Counted from the stretch's first letter, positions 37,712-48,030 are shown. The stretch: 62,975 nt of DNA from Bacteroidota bacterium (GCA_052035835.1 JBPOHG010000071.1:1-62975); one strand, 5' to 3'. Program-made: numbers and translations. The notes: generated by a model from the letters alone, not told the origin.

Positions 37712-40700
37712 ATGAGAAAAGTAATCTTAACCTTATTGGTTTCGATGGCATTCGTTTTAGGTGCTTATGCACAAAAAACCGTTAGCGGTAGAGTAACGGA
37801 TGCCGATGGTAAGCCAATGGCCAATGTTTCAGTAATTGTAAAAGGTACCACAAAGGGTACCAGTACCGATGCCAATGGTAACTACAGCATCGAAGTGCCA
37901 GCGGGGGGTAAAGTCCTCGAATTCAGTTCTTTAGGATTTGAAACACAATCGCTTACGATTGGTAACAAAGTTGTGTTTTCTCCTTCTTTGGTTTCTTCTT
38001 CTGCAAAGGAATTGACAGAAGTGGTAGTAACTGGTATCAACAAGGTGAAAAAATCACAGTTTGCAGGTGCTGCAACTAAACTTGATGAAAAGCAAATTAA
38101 GAACCAACCTTTTGGTTCATTTGAACAAATGCTTCAGGGACGAGTTCCTGGTGTAACTGCATTATCAGGAAGTGGAGCGCCAGGTTCTGCTGCAAACATT
38201 ATCATCAGGGGTTCCAATTCAATTCAGGGTGGCTCAGCTCCTTTATATGTAGTGGATGGTATTCCGATTGAAGCTTCAGTTTTTCAGGGATTAAATGCCA
38301 ATGATTTTGCTTCAGTTGATATTTTAAGGGACGCTGCATCAACTGCATTGTATGGTTCAAGGGGTTCTGCTGGGGTGATCGTTGTAACTACTAAGAAAGG
38401 TGTTTCCGGAAAAATGAAATTTGGTTATTCTGGCCAGATGGGGGTAAAATCAAAACCTGAATTTGCTTTCAGGCCGATGAGTACTGCAGAGTTATTGAAA
38501 GCACAGGATGATTATGGGATCATTGTGGCTCAGGGTGACGCAACCTCTCCTACTGCCAATGATGCGAATATTCCAGGGTTTTACTATTCTCCCAACAATC
38601 CAAGATATGCAGCTTTATCTGCTGCTGAGAAAACGGAGAATTCACGTTTACTAGACTCTATTTCTAAAATTAATACCAATTGGGCTGACCAAATTTTTAG
38701 GAATGCAAATTTTAGTAACCACCAAATTACTTTGTCGGGTGGTACAGGGAAAACACGTTTGTACAGCAGCATTGCTCTGTATAATGAAGAAGGGATTACA
38801 CTTCGTTCAGATATGAAGCGTATCACTGTAAGAAATAATATGGACTATGCGGATGATAAATTCTCTTTCTCATCCTCCTTAAATCTTGGTTACACCAAGC
38901 GTAACTTCCAGCAAACAACTGTAGGAAATAATTTGGGTAATCCCTTTCTTACATCTTCAGTAAATGTGCCTTATGCTAAAGTGTTTAATGAAGACGGATC
39001 GTACGCTACAGGTATTGGAAGTAAGTATTCTGCTGCAAACCAGCTGGATATTACAAAATATGATGAAAATTACAATGACCAGTTTAAAGGTACATTAGGT
39101 TTTACGGCCAGTTATAAAATAACTGAAAATCTCTCCGCTGCTGTAACCACCGGTATTGATTTCCGTGAAACGCAAAATACAAACTACGGAAGCAAATTGG
39201 CGTTTATCCGTGTTAGTTCTACCAGTATTACAGGAAGAGCAGGTTTTCAAACTGAAGGTTTAACCAGGTTTCTTCGTGGAGTAGTTCGGCCTTCTATTAC
39301 TTATCGTAAAATGTTCAAAGAGAAACATGATGTAGAGGTCTCTGCTTATGGTGAATATATCCGTGAATTTAATAAGTTTTTCACAGGAACTGGTTTTGGT
39401 ACAGATCCTAAGCGCCCTAATACGATGGCAGCTGTAACGCCAGGAAATGCTTCAAACCAACTTTTCCAAACTGTAACAGGTGCAAAATCTCAAAACTCAC
39501 TGGTCTCTGGATTGGCAACGGTTCGTTATACTTATAACGGAAAATACACTTTCACAGGTTCTTACCGCCAGGATGGTTCATCTAAATTACCTGTTGCAAC
39601 AAGGTGGCAGGACTTCTTTTCAGTAGGTGCTATCTGGGATGCAACTAAAGAAGACTTTTTGCGCAATAAACGAATGATTAATTTACTGAGGGTTAAACTA
39701 AGCTATGGGGGATCTGGAAATGCAGATAACTTCCCAGGAGGTGATTACCCATATCAGAATCAATACACTCAAGGTAATTACGGAGGATTAAATACAATTA
39801 TAGCAAGTTATGCCGGAAATCCTGATATGCGTTGGGAAACCACTTGGGTTACAAACTTCGGTATTGACTTTGAGTTAGTTAACAGAAGGATTTATGGTGA
39901 CATTAACTTGTATGATAAGACGACTAAAGACCTTTTCGTAGTGCAAAAGTTGGCTGCGCCTGGAGGCTTTGGAACAGGTGCTGAATTAAATATTAATGCA
40001 GGTAAATTAAGCAACAGAGGGGTGGAAGTTAATCTGAATGGGGAAGTTATTAGGAATGGTAAACTTGTGTGGACTGTCTTTGGAAATTTTGCTTATAATA
40101 AAAATAATGTAGTAAGTCTGGGAGGAGCATTGCCTTATGAAGATGGAACAGAATTAATTAAGGAAGGGTTGCCTTTAGGAACTCACTATGAAGTAAAATG
40201 GGCGGGTGTAGACGCTGCAACCGGGGCGCCACTTTACTTTGATATCAATGGCAATTTAACAACCAATTATAGTGCTGAAAACCGTGTACAGGATTTCGGT
40301 ACATGGGAAGCACCCTGGAAAGGGGGGTTCGGTTCTACTTTACAGTTTAAAGGGTTTGATCTTTCTGTATTATTCAGTTGGCAGCGTGGCGCTACCAAAG
40401 TTGATAATATGGAATTCTTCCTTGAAAACCCCGTTGGTTTCCTGGCACTTGGTTACAACCAATCTTCCGATTTGAATTTCTGGAAAAAACCGGGAGATGT
40501 AGCCAGTACTGCCAGCCCACTTTATGGAACACAATTTTCCTCAAAAATTATTCATGACGCTTCATTTGTGCGTTTACGAGATGTGAAATTGGGATATACT
40601 GTTCCTAAGGCGAAACTTGAGAAAATTAAATTTGTTTCTAATGTCAACTTTTATGTACAAGGTTCAAACCTGTTTTTATGGACCAGATGGAGGGGAAGGG

Positions 40701-40786
40701 ATCCTGAAGCAGGAGGAACCAATCTCAATTTAAGTGAGTTCCCTAACCCACGTACAGTTACTGCGGGTATAGACATTACATTTTAA
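37712..40786 (+). CDS. susC: SusC/RagA family TonB-dependent transporter
   Basis: Carboxypeptidase-regulatory-like N-terminus, 'PLYVVDG', 'LRDAASTALYGSRGSAGVIVVTTKKG', 'NPDMRWE', terminal Phe; start at ATG 37712 (MRK) or 37706. Confidence 0.96.
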   Translation: MRKVILTLLVSMAFVLGAYAQKTVSGRVTDADGKPMANVSVIVKGTTKGTSTDANGNYSIEVPAGGKVLEFSSLGFETQSLTIGNKVVFSPSLVSSSAKELTEVVVTGINKVKKSQFAGAATKLDEKQIKNQPFGSFEQMLQGRVPGVTALSGSGAPGSAANIIIRGSNSIQGGSAPLYVVDGIPIEASVFQGLNANDFASVDILRDAASTALYGSRGSAGVIVVTTKKGVSGKMKFGYSGQMGVKSKPEFAFRPMSTAELLKAQDDYGIIVAQGDATSPTANDANIPGFYYSPNNPRYAALSAAEKTENSRLLDSISKINTNWADQIFRNANFSNHQITLSGGTGKTRLYSSIALYNEEGITLRSDMKRITVRNNMDYADDKFSFSSSLNLGYTKRNFQQTTVGNNLGNPFLTSSVNVPYAKVFNEDGSYATGIGSKYSAANQLDITKYDENYNDQFKGTLGFTASYKITENLSAAVTTGIDFRETQNTNYGSKLAFIRVSSTSITGRAGFQTEGLTRFLRGVVRPSITYRKMFKEKHDVEVSAYGEYIREFNKFFTGTGFGTDPKRPNTMAAVTPGNASNQLFQTVTGAKSQNSLVSGLATVRYTYNGKYTFTGSYRQDGSSKLPVATRWQDFFSVGAIWDATKEDFLRNKRMINLLRVKLSYGGSGNADNFPGGDYPYQNQYTQGNYGGLNTIIASYAGNPDMRWETTWVTNFGIDFELVNRRIYGDINLYDKTTKDLFVVQKLAAPGGFGTGAELNINAGKLSNRGVEVNLNGEVIRNGKLVWTVFGNFAYNKNNVVSLGGALPYEDGTELIKEGLPLGTHYEVKWAGVDAATGAPLYFDINGNLTTNYSAENRVQDFGTWEAPWKGGFGSTLQFKGFDLSVLFSWQRGATKVDNMEFFLENPVGFLALGYNQSSDLNFWKKPGDVASTASPLYGTQFSSKIIHDASFVRLRDVKLGYTVPKAKLEKIKFVSNVNFYVQGSNLFLWTRWRGRDPEAGGTNLNLSEFPNPRTVTAGIDITF

Positions 40787-40807
40787 TTTATTAAAAGAGA
40801 ATCAACA

Positions 40808-42208
40808 ATGAAACAAACAAAATATATCGCTTACTTACTGGCCGCAGTTATGATGACCAGTAGTTGCAAAAAAGACCTGGATCAACAACCCACTGATACT
40901 TTTAGTGAGAGCAATGCCTTCCTAACTATGGATGACATTCAATTAGGTGCCAATGGAGCATTTGGTCGCTATGGCACTTACGCTAATGATATGTATGTTA
41001 GCGCACTTGTGTCTGACGAAGCTAAATTAGGAGCTGATAATTCGGGCCAGGGTGCTATCACTTACCGTTATCAATATGCTTCTGATAATACATCAGGCGG
41101 TGATGTAATTGGTGGTTGGGGTGGCTATTATACTATCATAGATCAGGTAAATCGAATTTTGCCTAAAATCCCAGTTGTAACCGGAACCCCAGAACAAGAA
41201 CCCCGTAGAAACATCATCAAAGGGCAAATGTTAGCACTAAGGGCTATTGCTCATTTCGGGTTATTGCAGTCGTATTGCAAAAACTATGATCCTGCAGATA
41301 CAAGGGGTGTTCCAGTGATGCTGGTATCTGATCCCCTGGCTAAGCCTGCCAGGAATACCATGGCAGAAGTAATGGGGCAAATTGAAGCTGATTTAATCGA
41401 AGCCAAAACTTTGCTGCCTGCGGTGACTTCTGCAGACTTTTCTGATACTGTGATGAACAGAATCAATGTGGCGGCATATCAAGCAAGGATTGCATTATAC
41501 AAACGCGATTATGATAAAGCAATCACTTATAGTACCGAAGTAATCAGTTCAGGTATCAAACCATTGGTTTCTGGTCCTCAGTTCCAGGCCATTTGGACAG
41601 ACGATACTGATAATGAAATCCTTTTCAAAATCAGGTATGAAACCAGTGCAGCTATTGGTTCACTTTGGACAACCACAGGAGGCAACGTTTATATTGCTCC
41701 TTCCGATAAGTTAATAGCATCTTATGATGCCAGTGATATCAGGTTGGCCACATATATCGGTACAAACGGTTCTGGAAATAAATACGTAAATAAGTTTTTC
41801 GAATCTAGCCGTGGTGGCCGTGTTGTTCACATGAAAGCATGCCGTACTGCAGAAATGTACCTGATCCGTGCAGAAGCTCATGCTAAAAAAGCTGCGCCAG
41901 ATTTAACCGCAGGTGCCGCAGATTTGAATGCATTGCGTGCACAAAGGATCAGCGGATATATTGATGCTACATTTGCAACTGCAACTGAATTGATCAATGC
42001 TGTTATGGAAGAAAGATTTAAAGAGCTGGCATTTGAAGGTTTCAGGCTGTATGATCTGAAGCGCAATAACCTGCCTGTTCAAAGGCTTGCTTCAGATGCG
42101 AGTGCAGCATGGCAAACACTGGATGCAGGTAATTTCAGGTTTGTTTTACCAATTCCAAATGATGAAATGCTGGCAAACCCTAATATGGTACAAAACGACG
42201 GTTATTAA
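40808..42208 (+). CDS. susD: SusD/RagB family lipoprotein
   Basis: Lipobox 'SSC', 'RTAEMYLIRAEA', 'ERFKELAFEGFR.YDLKR', 'PIP...NPNMVQNDGY'. Confidence 0.95.
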   Translation: MKQTKYIAYLLAAVMMTSSCKKDLDQQPTDTFSESNAFLTMDDIQLGANGAFGRYGTYANDMYVSALVSDEAKLGADNSGQGAITYRYQYASDNTSGGDVIGGWGGYYTIIDQVNRILPKIPVVTGTPEQEPRRNIIKGQMLALRAIAHFGLLQSYCKNYDPADTRGVPVMLVSDPLAKPARNTMAEVMGQIEADLIEAKTLLPAVTSADFSDTVMNRINVAAYQARIALYKRDYDKAITYSTEVISSGIKPLVSGPQFQAIWTDDTDNEILFKIRYETSAAIGSLWTTTGGNVYIAPSDKLIASYDASDIRLATYIGTNGSGNKYVNKFFESSRGGRVVHMKACRTAEMYLIRAEAHAKKAAPDLTAGAADLNALRAQRISGYIDATFATATELINAVMEERFKELAFEGFRLYDLKRNNLPVQRLASDASAAWQTLDAGNFRFVLPIPNDEMLANPNMVQNDGY

Positions 42209-42260
42209 TACGTTGTAAAACCGATTATAATTTTTATATTTAAAGACTAAAAATAACATT

Positions 42261-43169
42261 ATGAAATCGTTGAACCGCATATTACTGGCTGGTATGGCCC
42301 TCATCTCTTTGGGATTGGCCAGTTGTGATAAAACTAAGCCTTATGATATCGCTGTTGCCCCTCCCGAAGCACATTTTGTGGGCAGCAAAACACAACCGTA
42401 TTCAGCAGCTGACGATCCTACTCCTTTGTATAATGTAGTAGTTGGAACAACCGATGTTGCTAAAGTAGATCGTGTGGTTACCTATAAAGTGACTTCTCCA
42501 TCAGGAGCAGTTGGTGGTACACAGTACAGCATTTCTACCGGTAATACCGGAGGTACTGTTGTAATTAAAGCAGGCGAAGCAACTGCTAATATTCCGGTTC
42601 AGGCTGTTTATAGCGCATATTCTGCCGGAAGAAGGGATACATTGGTATTTACTATTGAGCAGCCCTCATTAAAACCTTCTACTTTCCTGGATACTGTTAA
42701 ACTCACTATCAGGGGAGCATGTTTTGAAGGAGACGTTAACCTGAGTGAATTGATTGGTACTTATGCCAACACAAACGAAGCATTTGGAGGAAGCCCATAC
42801 GGCCCCTACACTACCACTATTTCAAATGTTAGTCAAACCAGCCCAACAACAGGCCGTGTAACAGTAACCAATATCTGGGACAATGGATGGGCGCCCATTA
42901 CATTTGATCTTGATTGGACTGATGCAACCCAGCGTGTAGTTAGCCTGCAACAACAGGATAATATTGCCGATGGCGCAACCGTTAACCCTGCATATGCAGG
43001 AAGCCAGGTAACTGTAACCAACCCAAGTGCAACATTCTTCCCAACATTCCCAGCCAACAGGGGTACATTCTCCATTTGTAATCAAACGCTTACACTGAGG
43101 ATGAGGGTATGTTTGCTTCCACTAGGCTGTTTCAGCAGCGCTATGTATGAAGTGAATATGGCTAGATAA
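42261..43169 (+). CDS. SusCD-associated surface lipoprotein
   Basis: Lipobox 'LASC'; beta-rich Ig-like first domain; third gene of the susCD operon. Confidence 0.8.
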   Translation: MKSLNRILLAGMALISLGLASCDKTKPYDIAVAPPEAHFVGSKTQPYSAADDPTPLYNVVVGTTDVAKVDRVVTYKVTSPSGAVGGTQYSISTGNTGGTVVIKAGEATANIPVQAVYSAYSAGRRDTLVFTIEQPSLKPSTFLDTVKLTIRGACFEGDVNLSELIGTYANTNEAFGGSPYGPYTTTISNVSQTSPTTGRVTVTNIWDNGWAPITFDLDWTDATQRVVSLQQQDNIADGATVNPAYAGSQVTVTNPSATFFPTFPANRGTFSICNQTLTLRMRVCLLPLGCFSSAMYEVNMAR

Positions 43170-43197
43170 TCTTATTTTACTTTTAGCAAGATAAATC

Positions 43198-43226
43198 AGA
43201 AGGGCGCTTTTTAAAGCGCCCTTCTT
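43198..43226. terminator. Terminator hairpin between convergent genes
   Basis: AGAAGGGCGCTTT-TT-AAAGCGCCCTTCT. Confidence 0.8.
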
Positions 43227-43267
43227 CGTATAAGCAAATTGAAATTTATTAAATCTATCAGTTGGTT

Positions 43268-44422
43268 TTATTTCAACGTCTTCTCCAGAAACTGATGCAA
43301 CGCTTCTTCTCTCAGGTCGGTGGCAATTATTTTTCCCTGGGGGTCTACCAATACATTGTAAGGTATAGCATCAAAACCATAGAGTCCTGTAGCAGCACTT
43401 TGCCAGCCCTTTAAATCACTGATATGTTTCCATATTAATTTGTCTTTTGCAATCGCTTCTACCCATTTATCATTTTCTTCATCGAGCGAAACACCCAGTA
43501 CCGTGAAGTTTTTATTTTTGAATTTTTGATAAGCAGCAACCACATTGGGGTTCTCACCCCGGCAAGGGCCGCACCAACTCGCCCAAAAATCTACCAACAC
43601 ATATTGCCCTTTTAATTGACTGAGCGAAAAGTTTTTTCCATCGGTGCCAGGCATGCTGATGTCTGGCGCCTGATCGCCAACCCCTATTTGTTTGCTTGCG
43701 GGTGGTGTTTGCCGTGGCTGGCTCATTTGTACCATCATCTGGTTGAATTGCGTAACGATAGAAGCTATGCCCTGGTGATTGGGAAACCTTTGTGTTAAAC
43801 CGGTTACACTTTTTTGCAACATCCTTGGGTCTATGTCCCTTGTATACCCCAATGCAAACATGGTTACGACTGGTTGCGAACAGGTATCAATAAATTTGAT
43901 GAGGAAATTTTTATACGATTCCTGCAGGCCCGTCATGTGAGTGGTTTCAACGATCAGGCTGCTATCATTGCCAATTTTTTTGCATGAGTCAATTTTTTTA
44001 AAACTTTCCATCAGCTGTGTACGGCGTGTATCCAAATCGAGAATGAGTTTTTTAAGAGAGGCATTGGCCGGACTACTAAATACGGGCCCTGCTAAACTGA
44101 TGTCGTTCATATCGGCTTTGAAACCAATTTCGGGCAGGTCGTTGATAAAAATAAAACCAGCATCTAATTTTTCCATACGGAGGCGGTAGAGGCCTGGTTC
44201 TGTAGCAAATGCAGATAATGCAAACTTCCCCGATTTAATACCGGCTGTATCCAACACATCGGGATCTTTTTGGCTAAAGTAAAGCTGGTCGAGATAAATA
44301 GCCTGGTCGCCGATGTTTTTAATTTCTCCTTTTACCGTAAACTTCCCTTTTTCAGCAGGTTGATCACAGGAGGCCGTAAGCACAAGTAAGCTAACGGAAA
44401 CTAATAAGTGATGTAAGGTCAT
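43268..44422 (-). CDS. TlpA-family disulfide reductase lipoprotein (DUF4369 + thioredoxin-like)
   Basis: Lipobox 'TASC'; 'DFWASWCGPCRGENP'; start moved to ATG 44422. Confidence 0.9.
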   Translation of the reverse strand: MTLHHLLVSVSLLVLTASCDQPAEKGKFTVKGEIKNIGDQAIYLDQLYFSQKDPDVLDTAGIKSGKFALSAFATEPGLYRLRMEKLDAGFIFINDLPEIGFKADMNDISLAGPVFSSPANASLKKLILDLDTRRTQLMESFKKIDSCKKIGNDSSLIVETTHMTGLQESYKNFLIKFIDTCSQPVVTMFALGYTRDIDPRMLQKSVTGLTQRFPNHQGIASIVTQFNQMMVQMSQPRQTPPASKQIGVGDQAPDISMPGTDGKNFSLSQLKGQYVLVDFWASWCGPCRGENPNVVAAYQKFKNKNFTVLGVSLDEENDKWVEAIAKDKLIWKHISDLKGWQSAATGLYGFDAIPYNVLVDPQGKIIATDLREEALHQFLEKTLK

Positions 44423-44432
44423 ATGGTGCCTT

Positions 44433-45881
44433 TTATTGATTGAGTTTTTCTGTAAGGATTTTTGTGGCCAGTTGCATATCGGCTTTTCCTTTACTTCTTT
44501 TTTTAACTTCTCCGGCAAAGAGCCCGATCAACCCTTTTTTGCCCGATTTATATTCCAATACTTTTTCGGGGAGGGCGGCGATGGCTTCTGCTACCCATTG
44601 TTCAATGGCATTGGAATTGCTTTCCTGTAACAGGTTCAATGCAGTGGCAGCTTCAGTAGCAGTTTGCAAAGGGTGGCTGATCATTTGTGCCAATACCTTC
44701 CCGGATGCATTGTTGAAACTAAGGTTACCCGATTCCGTTAGTTCAATCAGGCTGGCAAGCCTTTCTGCCGATATGGGGAATTCATTTAGGTTGATCGAAT
44801 GTTCATTGCAGTGATAGCGTACCGGCCCAATAAACCAGTTGGCAGCTGCTTTATAATGTTTGCAATGTTGCAGGAGTGATTCGTAAAACTGAACATCCGT
44901 TTTGTCGGTACAAATCAACCCGGCATCATATTCGCTCAACCCGTATTCTTTCATGTATTTTTTCTTCAAAGCTTCGGGTAATATGGGAAGCGCATTTTTA
45001 CATGCATTGATTTGTACATCGGTAACAATGAAAGGAGGGAGGTCGGGTTCTGGGAAGTACCGGTAATCATCTGCTTCTTCTTTGCTTCGCAGTGAAAATG
45101 TAATATTCCTATCCGCATCATAACTGCGTGTTTCCTGCACAATGGGTTCATTGTTCATTGTGAGGGCGATCAGCCGTTCCCTTTCAATGTCTATCGCTCT
45201 TTTCACATGGCGCATGCTGTTGAGGTTTTTTACTTCCACTCTTTTGCCCAATTGCGCAGAACCTTTTAAGCGTACAGAAATATTTGCATCGCAACGCATG
45301 CTCCCTTCTTCCATATTCCCATCGCAAACATCCAGCCAGCGCAAGATGGTACGCAATTGGGTTAGGAATGAAAAAGCATCATCAGCGCTGTGTATACAAG
45401 GTTCTGTAACAATTTCAAGCAGTGGCACACCGGCCCTGTTCAAATCAACACAGGTATATTGGTCGTCCAAATCATGCATGCTTTTACCGGCATCCTCTTC
45501 CATATGGATCCTGTTGAGATAGATTTTTCTTGCATCCGGTTCATCGCCTATGCTGAGATAACCTCCTTTACAAATTGGGGCAGTATGCTGACTAACCTGG
45601 TAGCCTTTTGGTAAATCGGGGTAGAAATAATTCTTGCGGGCGAAATAATTGAACCGCTCTATTTCACAATTCAACGCTATGCCCAGCCGGATGGCCAGTT
45701 CAATGGCTTTTTGGTTCATTTTTGGGAGCGTGCCGGGATGGGCAAGGGAGATGGGGCTAACCTGTGTATTGGGCGTTGCGCCAAATGCAGTTGGGTCGCT
45801 GCAAAAAAGTTTGCTTTTGGTGAGCAGTTGTGCATGCACTTCCAGGCCTACTACCAGTTCATATGCTTCGCTTGTATTCAC
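44433..45881 (-). CDS. gatB: Asp-tRNA(Asn)/Glu-tRNA(Gln) amidotransferase subunit B
   Basis: 'VGLEVHAQL', 'RKNYFYPDLPKGYQ', 'RCDANIS', 'YRYFPEPDL'; likely GTG start at 45881 after a TAATTTTG box (45887-45894). Confidence 0.96.
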   Translation of the reverse strand: MNTSEAYELVVGLEVHAQLLTKSKLFCSDPTAFGATPNTQVSPISLAHPGTLPKMNQKAIELAIRLGIALNCEIERFNYFARKNYFYPDLPKGYQVSQHTAPICKGGYLSIGDEPDARKIYLNRIHMEEDAGKSMHDLDDQYTCVDLNRAGVPLLEIVTEPCIHSADDAFSFLTQLRTILRWLDVCDGNMEEGSMRCDANISVRLKGSAQLGKRVEVKNLNSMRHVKRAIDIERERLIALTMNNEPIVQETRSYDADRNITFSLRSKEEADDYRYFPEPDLPPFIVTDVQINACKNALPILPEALKKKYMKEYGLSEYDAGLICTDKTDVQFYESLLQHCKHYKAAANWFIGPVRYHCNEHSINLNEFPISAERLASLIELTESGNLSFNNASGKVLAQMISHPLQTATEAATALNLLQESNSNAIEQWVAEAIAALPEKVLEYKSGKKGLIGLFAGEVKKRSKGKADMQLATKILTEKLNQ

Positions 45882-45919
45882 GGCAGCAAAATTAGTTAAT
45901 ACAAAGTTGATAGCAGACA

Positions 45920-45952
45920 TAAAAAAAGCACCGAATTGTAGTTCAGTGCTTT
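45920..45952 (-). terminator. Terminator after the PDZ-protein gene
   Basis: AAAGCACTGAA...TTCGGTGCTTTTTTT on the minus strand. Confidence 0.7.
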
Positions 45953-45974
45953 CTGTTTTTCAGTGGCTGAATGA

Positions 45975-47036
45975 CTATAGATTGGCGGTTTTCAGTTTTT
46001 TAGGGATTTTGATATCGAAGCTCATTTCTGTGCCATTGCGGCGGGCTTTGATATTGTATGTTGATTTTTCAGCAGCGTCTGCTAACTGTTCCCTGGCGTC
46101 ATCGGTATTCATTACTTTTTTTCCGTCGATTTCGGTGATGATATCGTCTTTTTTCAATCCGGCATTGGCTGCAGCAGAACTATCCGACACTTCTAAAACC
46201 TTTACACCTGTAGATTCTTCGGTGTCCTGAATTTTAATGCCAAGTTTCTGGCGTTTCGAAAACGGGCCATCGAAATCGAAATCGAATCTGTTAAAACCCT
46301 CCGCCATATCCGGGGCCAGGTTACGTAGGCTTTCGAGTTCGCGTAATTGCTCGAAGTTGCCCATGTCGGGTGCAAATGGAACGCCCGGTACAGTGAATGT
46401 GTTGAAACTACCGTCGGGTCCAGAGAAAGAATAGGTTTTAACGGATGATTTTCTTTCTCCCAACGTGGCTTTTGTATTTTTCTCCTTTCCGTTGCGCAGG
46501 TAATAAATTTTTACCTCGTCTTTTGGTTTTTTGGCCGTGATGGCATTCGATAGCACATCAGGGCCTGTGATGGCCTGGTCGCCAATTTTAGTAATGATAT
46601 CATCTTTTTGTAAACCTGCTTTTTCTGCAGCGCTGGATGCAGTAATCTCTCTGATGATTGCCCCTTTTTCATCCTTATCGGTCGTTACTCCGAGAAATGC
46701 CCGGCTTTCATTTTCATCATCATTCCACATGAAGCTCCTGCTACCGCCTTCCCCTCCATTCCTGTCGGCAAAACGTAGTTTCTGGCCCTCTTTAATAATG
46801 ATCTTTTTTTTGTTGACTGTGATGCCATCCTCATTAAATTCTACCATTGGTTTCCCATTGATAAGCACTGCATCTCCATTGATTTCGAGTGTGAGTTTGG
46901 TGGTTTTGTCCCCCTTTTTGCGAATGATAATTTCCTGGGATTCTTCTTTGGTTGATTTTTTCTCATCCTGTGCCATGGCCTTGTAACCGAAGGCAGTGAA
47001 CAACCAGGGTAAAAATGCGATTACTAATTTCTTCAT
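45975..47036 (-). CDS. Secreted protein with two PDZ domains
   Basis: Signal peptide; 'FLGV...SAAEKAGLQKDDIITKI' and 'LGI...SAAANAGLKKDDIITEI'; no protease motif; TAGTTTTG box at 47072-47079. Confidence 0.88.
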   Translation of the reverse strand: MKKLVIAFLPWLFTAFGYKAMAQDEKKSTKEESQEIIIRKKGDKTTKLTLEINGDAVLINGKPMVEFNEDGITVNKKKIIIKEGQKLRFADRNGGEGGSRSFMWNDDENESRAFLGVTTDKDEKGAIIREITASSAAEKAGLQKDDIITKIGDQAITGPDVLSNAITAKKPKDEVKIYYLRNGKEKNTKATLGERKSSVKTYSFSGPDGSFNTFTVPGVPFAPDMGNFEQLRELESLRNLAPDMAEGFNRFDFDFDGPFSKRQKLGIKIQDTEESTGVKVLEVSDSSAAANAGLKKDDIITEIDGKKVMNTDDAREQLADAAEKSTYNIKARRNGTEMSFDIKIPKKLKTANL

Positions 47037-47145
47037 GACTGCGATTTTTATATACTAAATGTTTCGTAGATCAAAACTAGCAGGAATTTTTGAATTACGA
47101 AACAATTCGCAGATATTTTTTTTGCTTTAACAATAAATTGGGAAA

Positions 47146-48030
47146 CTAGATCAGCTCGTTGATATGGTTATGAATGTTCTGGGCAATTTTAGCTGTTGGC
47201 ACATCATTGCTATCGTTGCCAAATGGGTCTTCAATTTCCTCGGCAATAAGCTCAAGGCTGGCGAGTACATAAAAGATGAAAGCTACGACCGGGATTACAT
47301 AATATCCCAGGTTGAACACATACCCAAACGGCAGTGTCATGATATAGATAAAGATGAACTTCTTAATAAATACGCTGTAAGAAAAAGGGATGGGGGTGTT
47401 TTTGATCCGTTCGCAGGCCCCGCAAATGTCGGTAAAGGACTGAAGTTCGCTATTTAGGACGATCAGTTGGTTGCCATCAATTTTCCCTTCGCTGTATAAT
47501 TGCTGAATGTGTTTCATCATCAGCAAAGCGATCTGGTTGGGTATGTGCTTCTCATGGTCAATATGCCTGAAGATATGTTTTGATTCACTGGTTTCGAATA
47601 ATTCTATCCTAGTTTCTTCCGATTTCAGGTGATTGTGGAGTGCATAGGCATAAGCAGGAATGATTTTCCGGAAAAAAGCACGTTGTTCTTTTTCTGTATC
47701 GGGCAGGATGACAGATAGTTTGATGGCCAGGTTGCGGCTGTTGTTTACCAAGGCGCCCCAGAGTTTCCTTCCTTCCCACCAACGGTCGTAGGCGGTATTG
47801 GTGCGAAATACCAGGAGCATGGAGATGGCGAATCCCAACAGGCTGTGCATGACCGGTATATTTTTTACGAAACTCTTTTCAGATAGTTGAAATACCCGTA
47901 TTTCCAGGAATGCTACCAACCACGAATAAACGCAAATGCCAATCAATAATGGAAACAATTGCCTGAATGTATCGGCCTTATGCAGGCGAAAAATGAAAGT
48001 GAACCAGTCCTTTGGGTTGTAATTGATCAT
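47146..48030 (-). CDS. Bestrophin family ion channel (YneE-like)
   Basis: 'FRTNTAYDRWWEGRKLWG', 'CERIKNTPIP', 'EIEDPFG'; start moved to ATG 48030. Confidence 0.92.
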   Translation of the reverse strand: MINYNPKDWFTFIFRLHKADTFRQLFPLLIGICVYSWLVAFLEIRVFQLSEKSFVKNIPVMHSLLGFAISMLLVFRTNTAYDRWWEGRKLWGALVNNSRNLAIKLSVILPDTEKEQRAFFRKIIPAYAYALHNHLKSEETRIELFETSESKHIFRHIDHEKHIPNQIALLMMKHIQQLYSEGKIDGNQLIVLNSELQSFTDICGACERIKNTPIPFSYSVFIKKFIFIYIMTLPFGYVFNLGYYVIPVVAFIFYVLASLELIAEEIEDPFGNDSNDVPTAKIAQNIHNHINELI

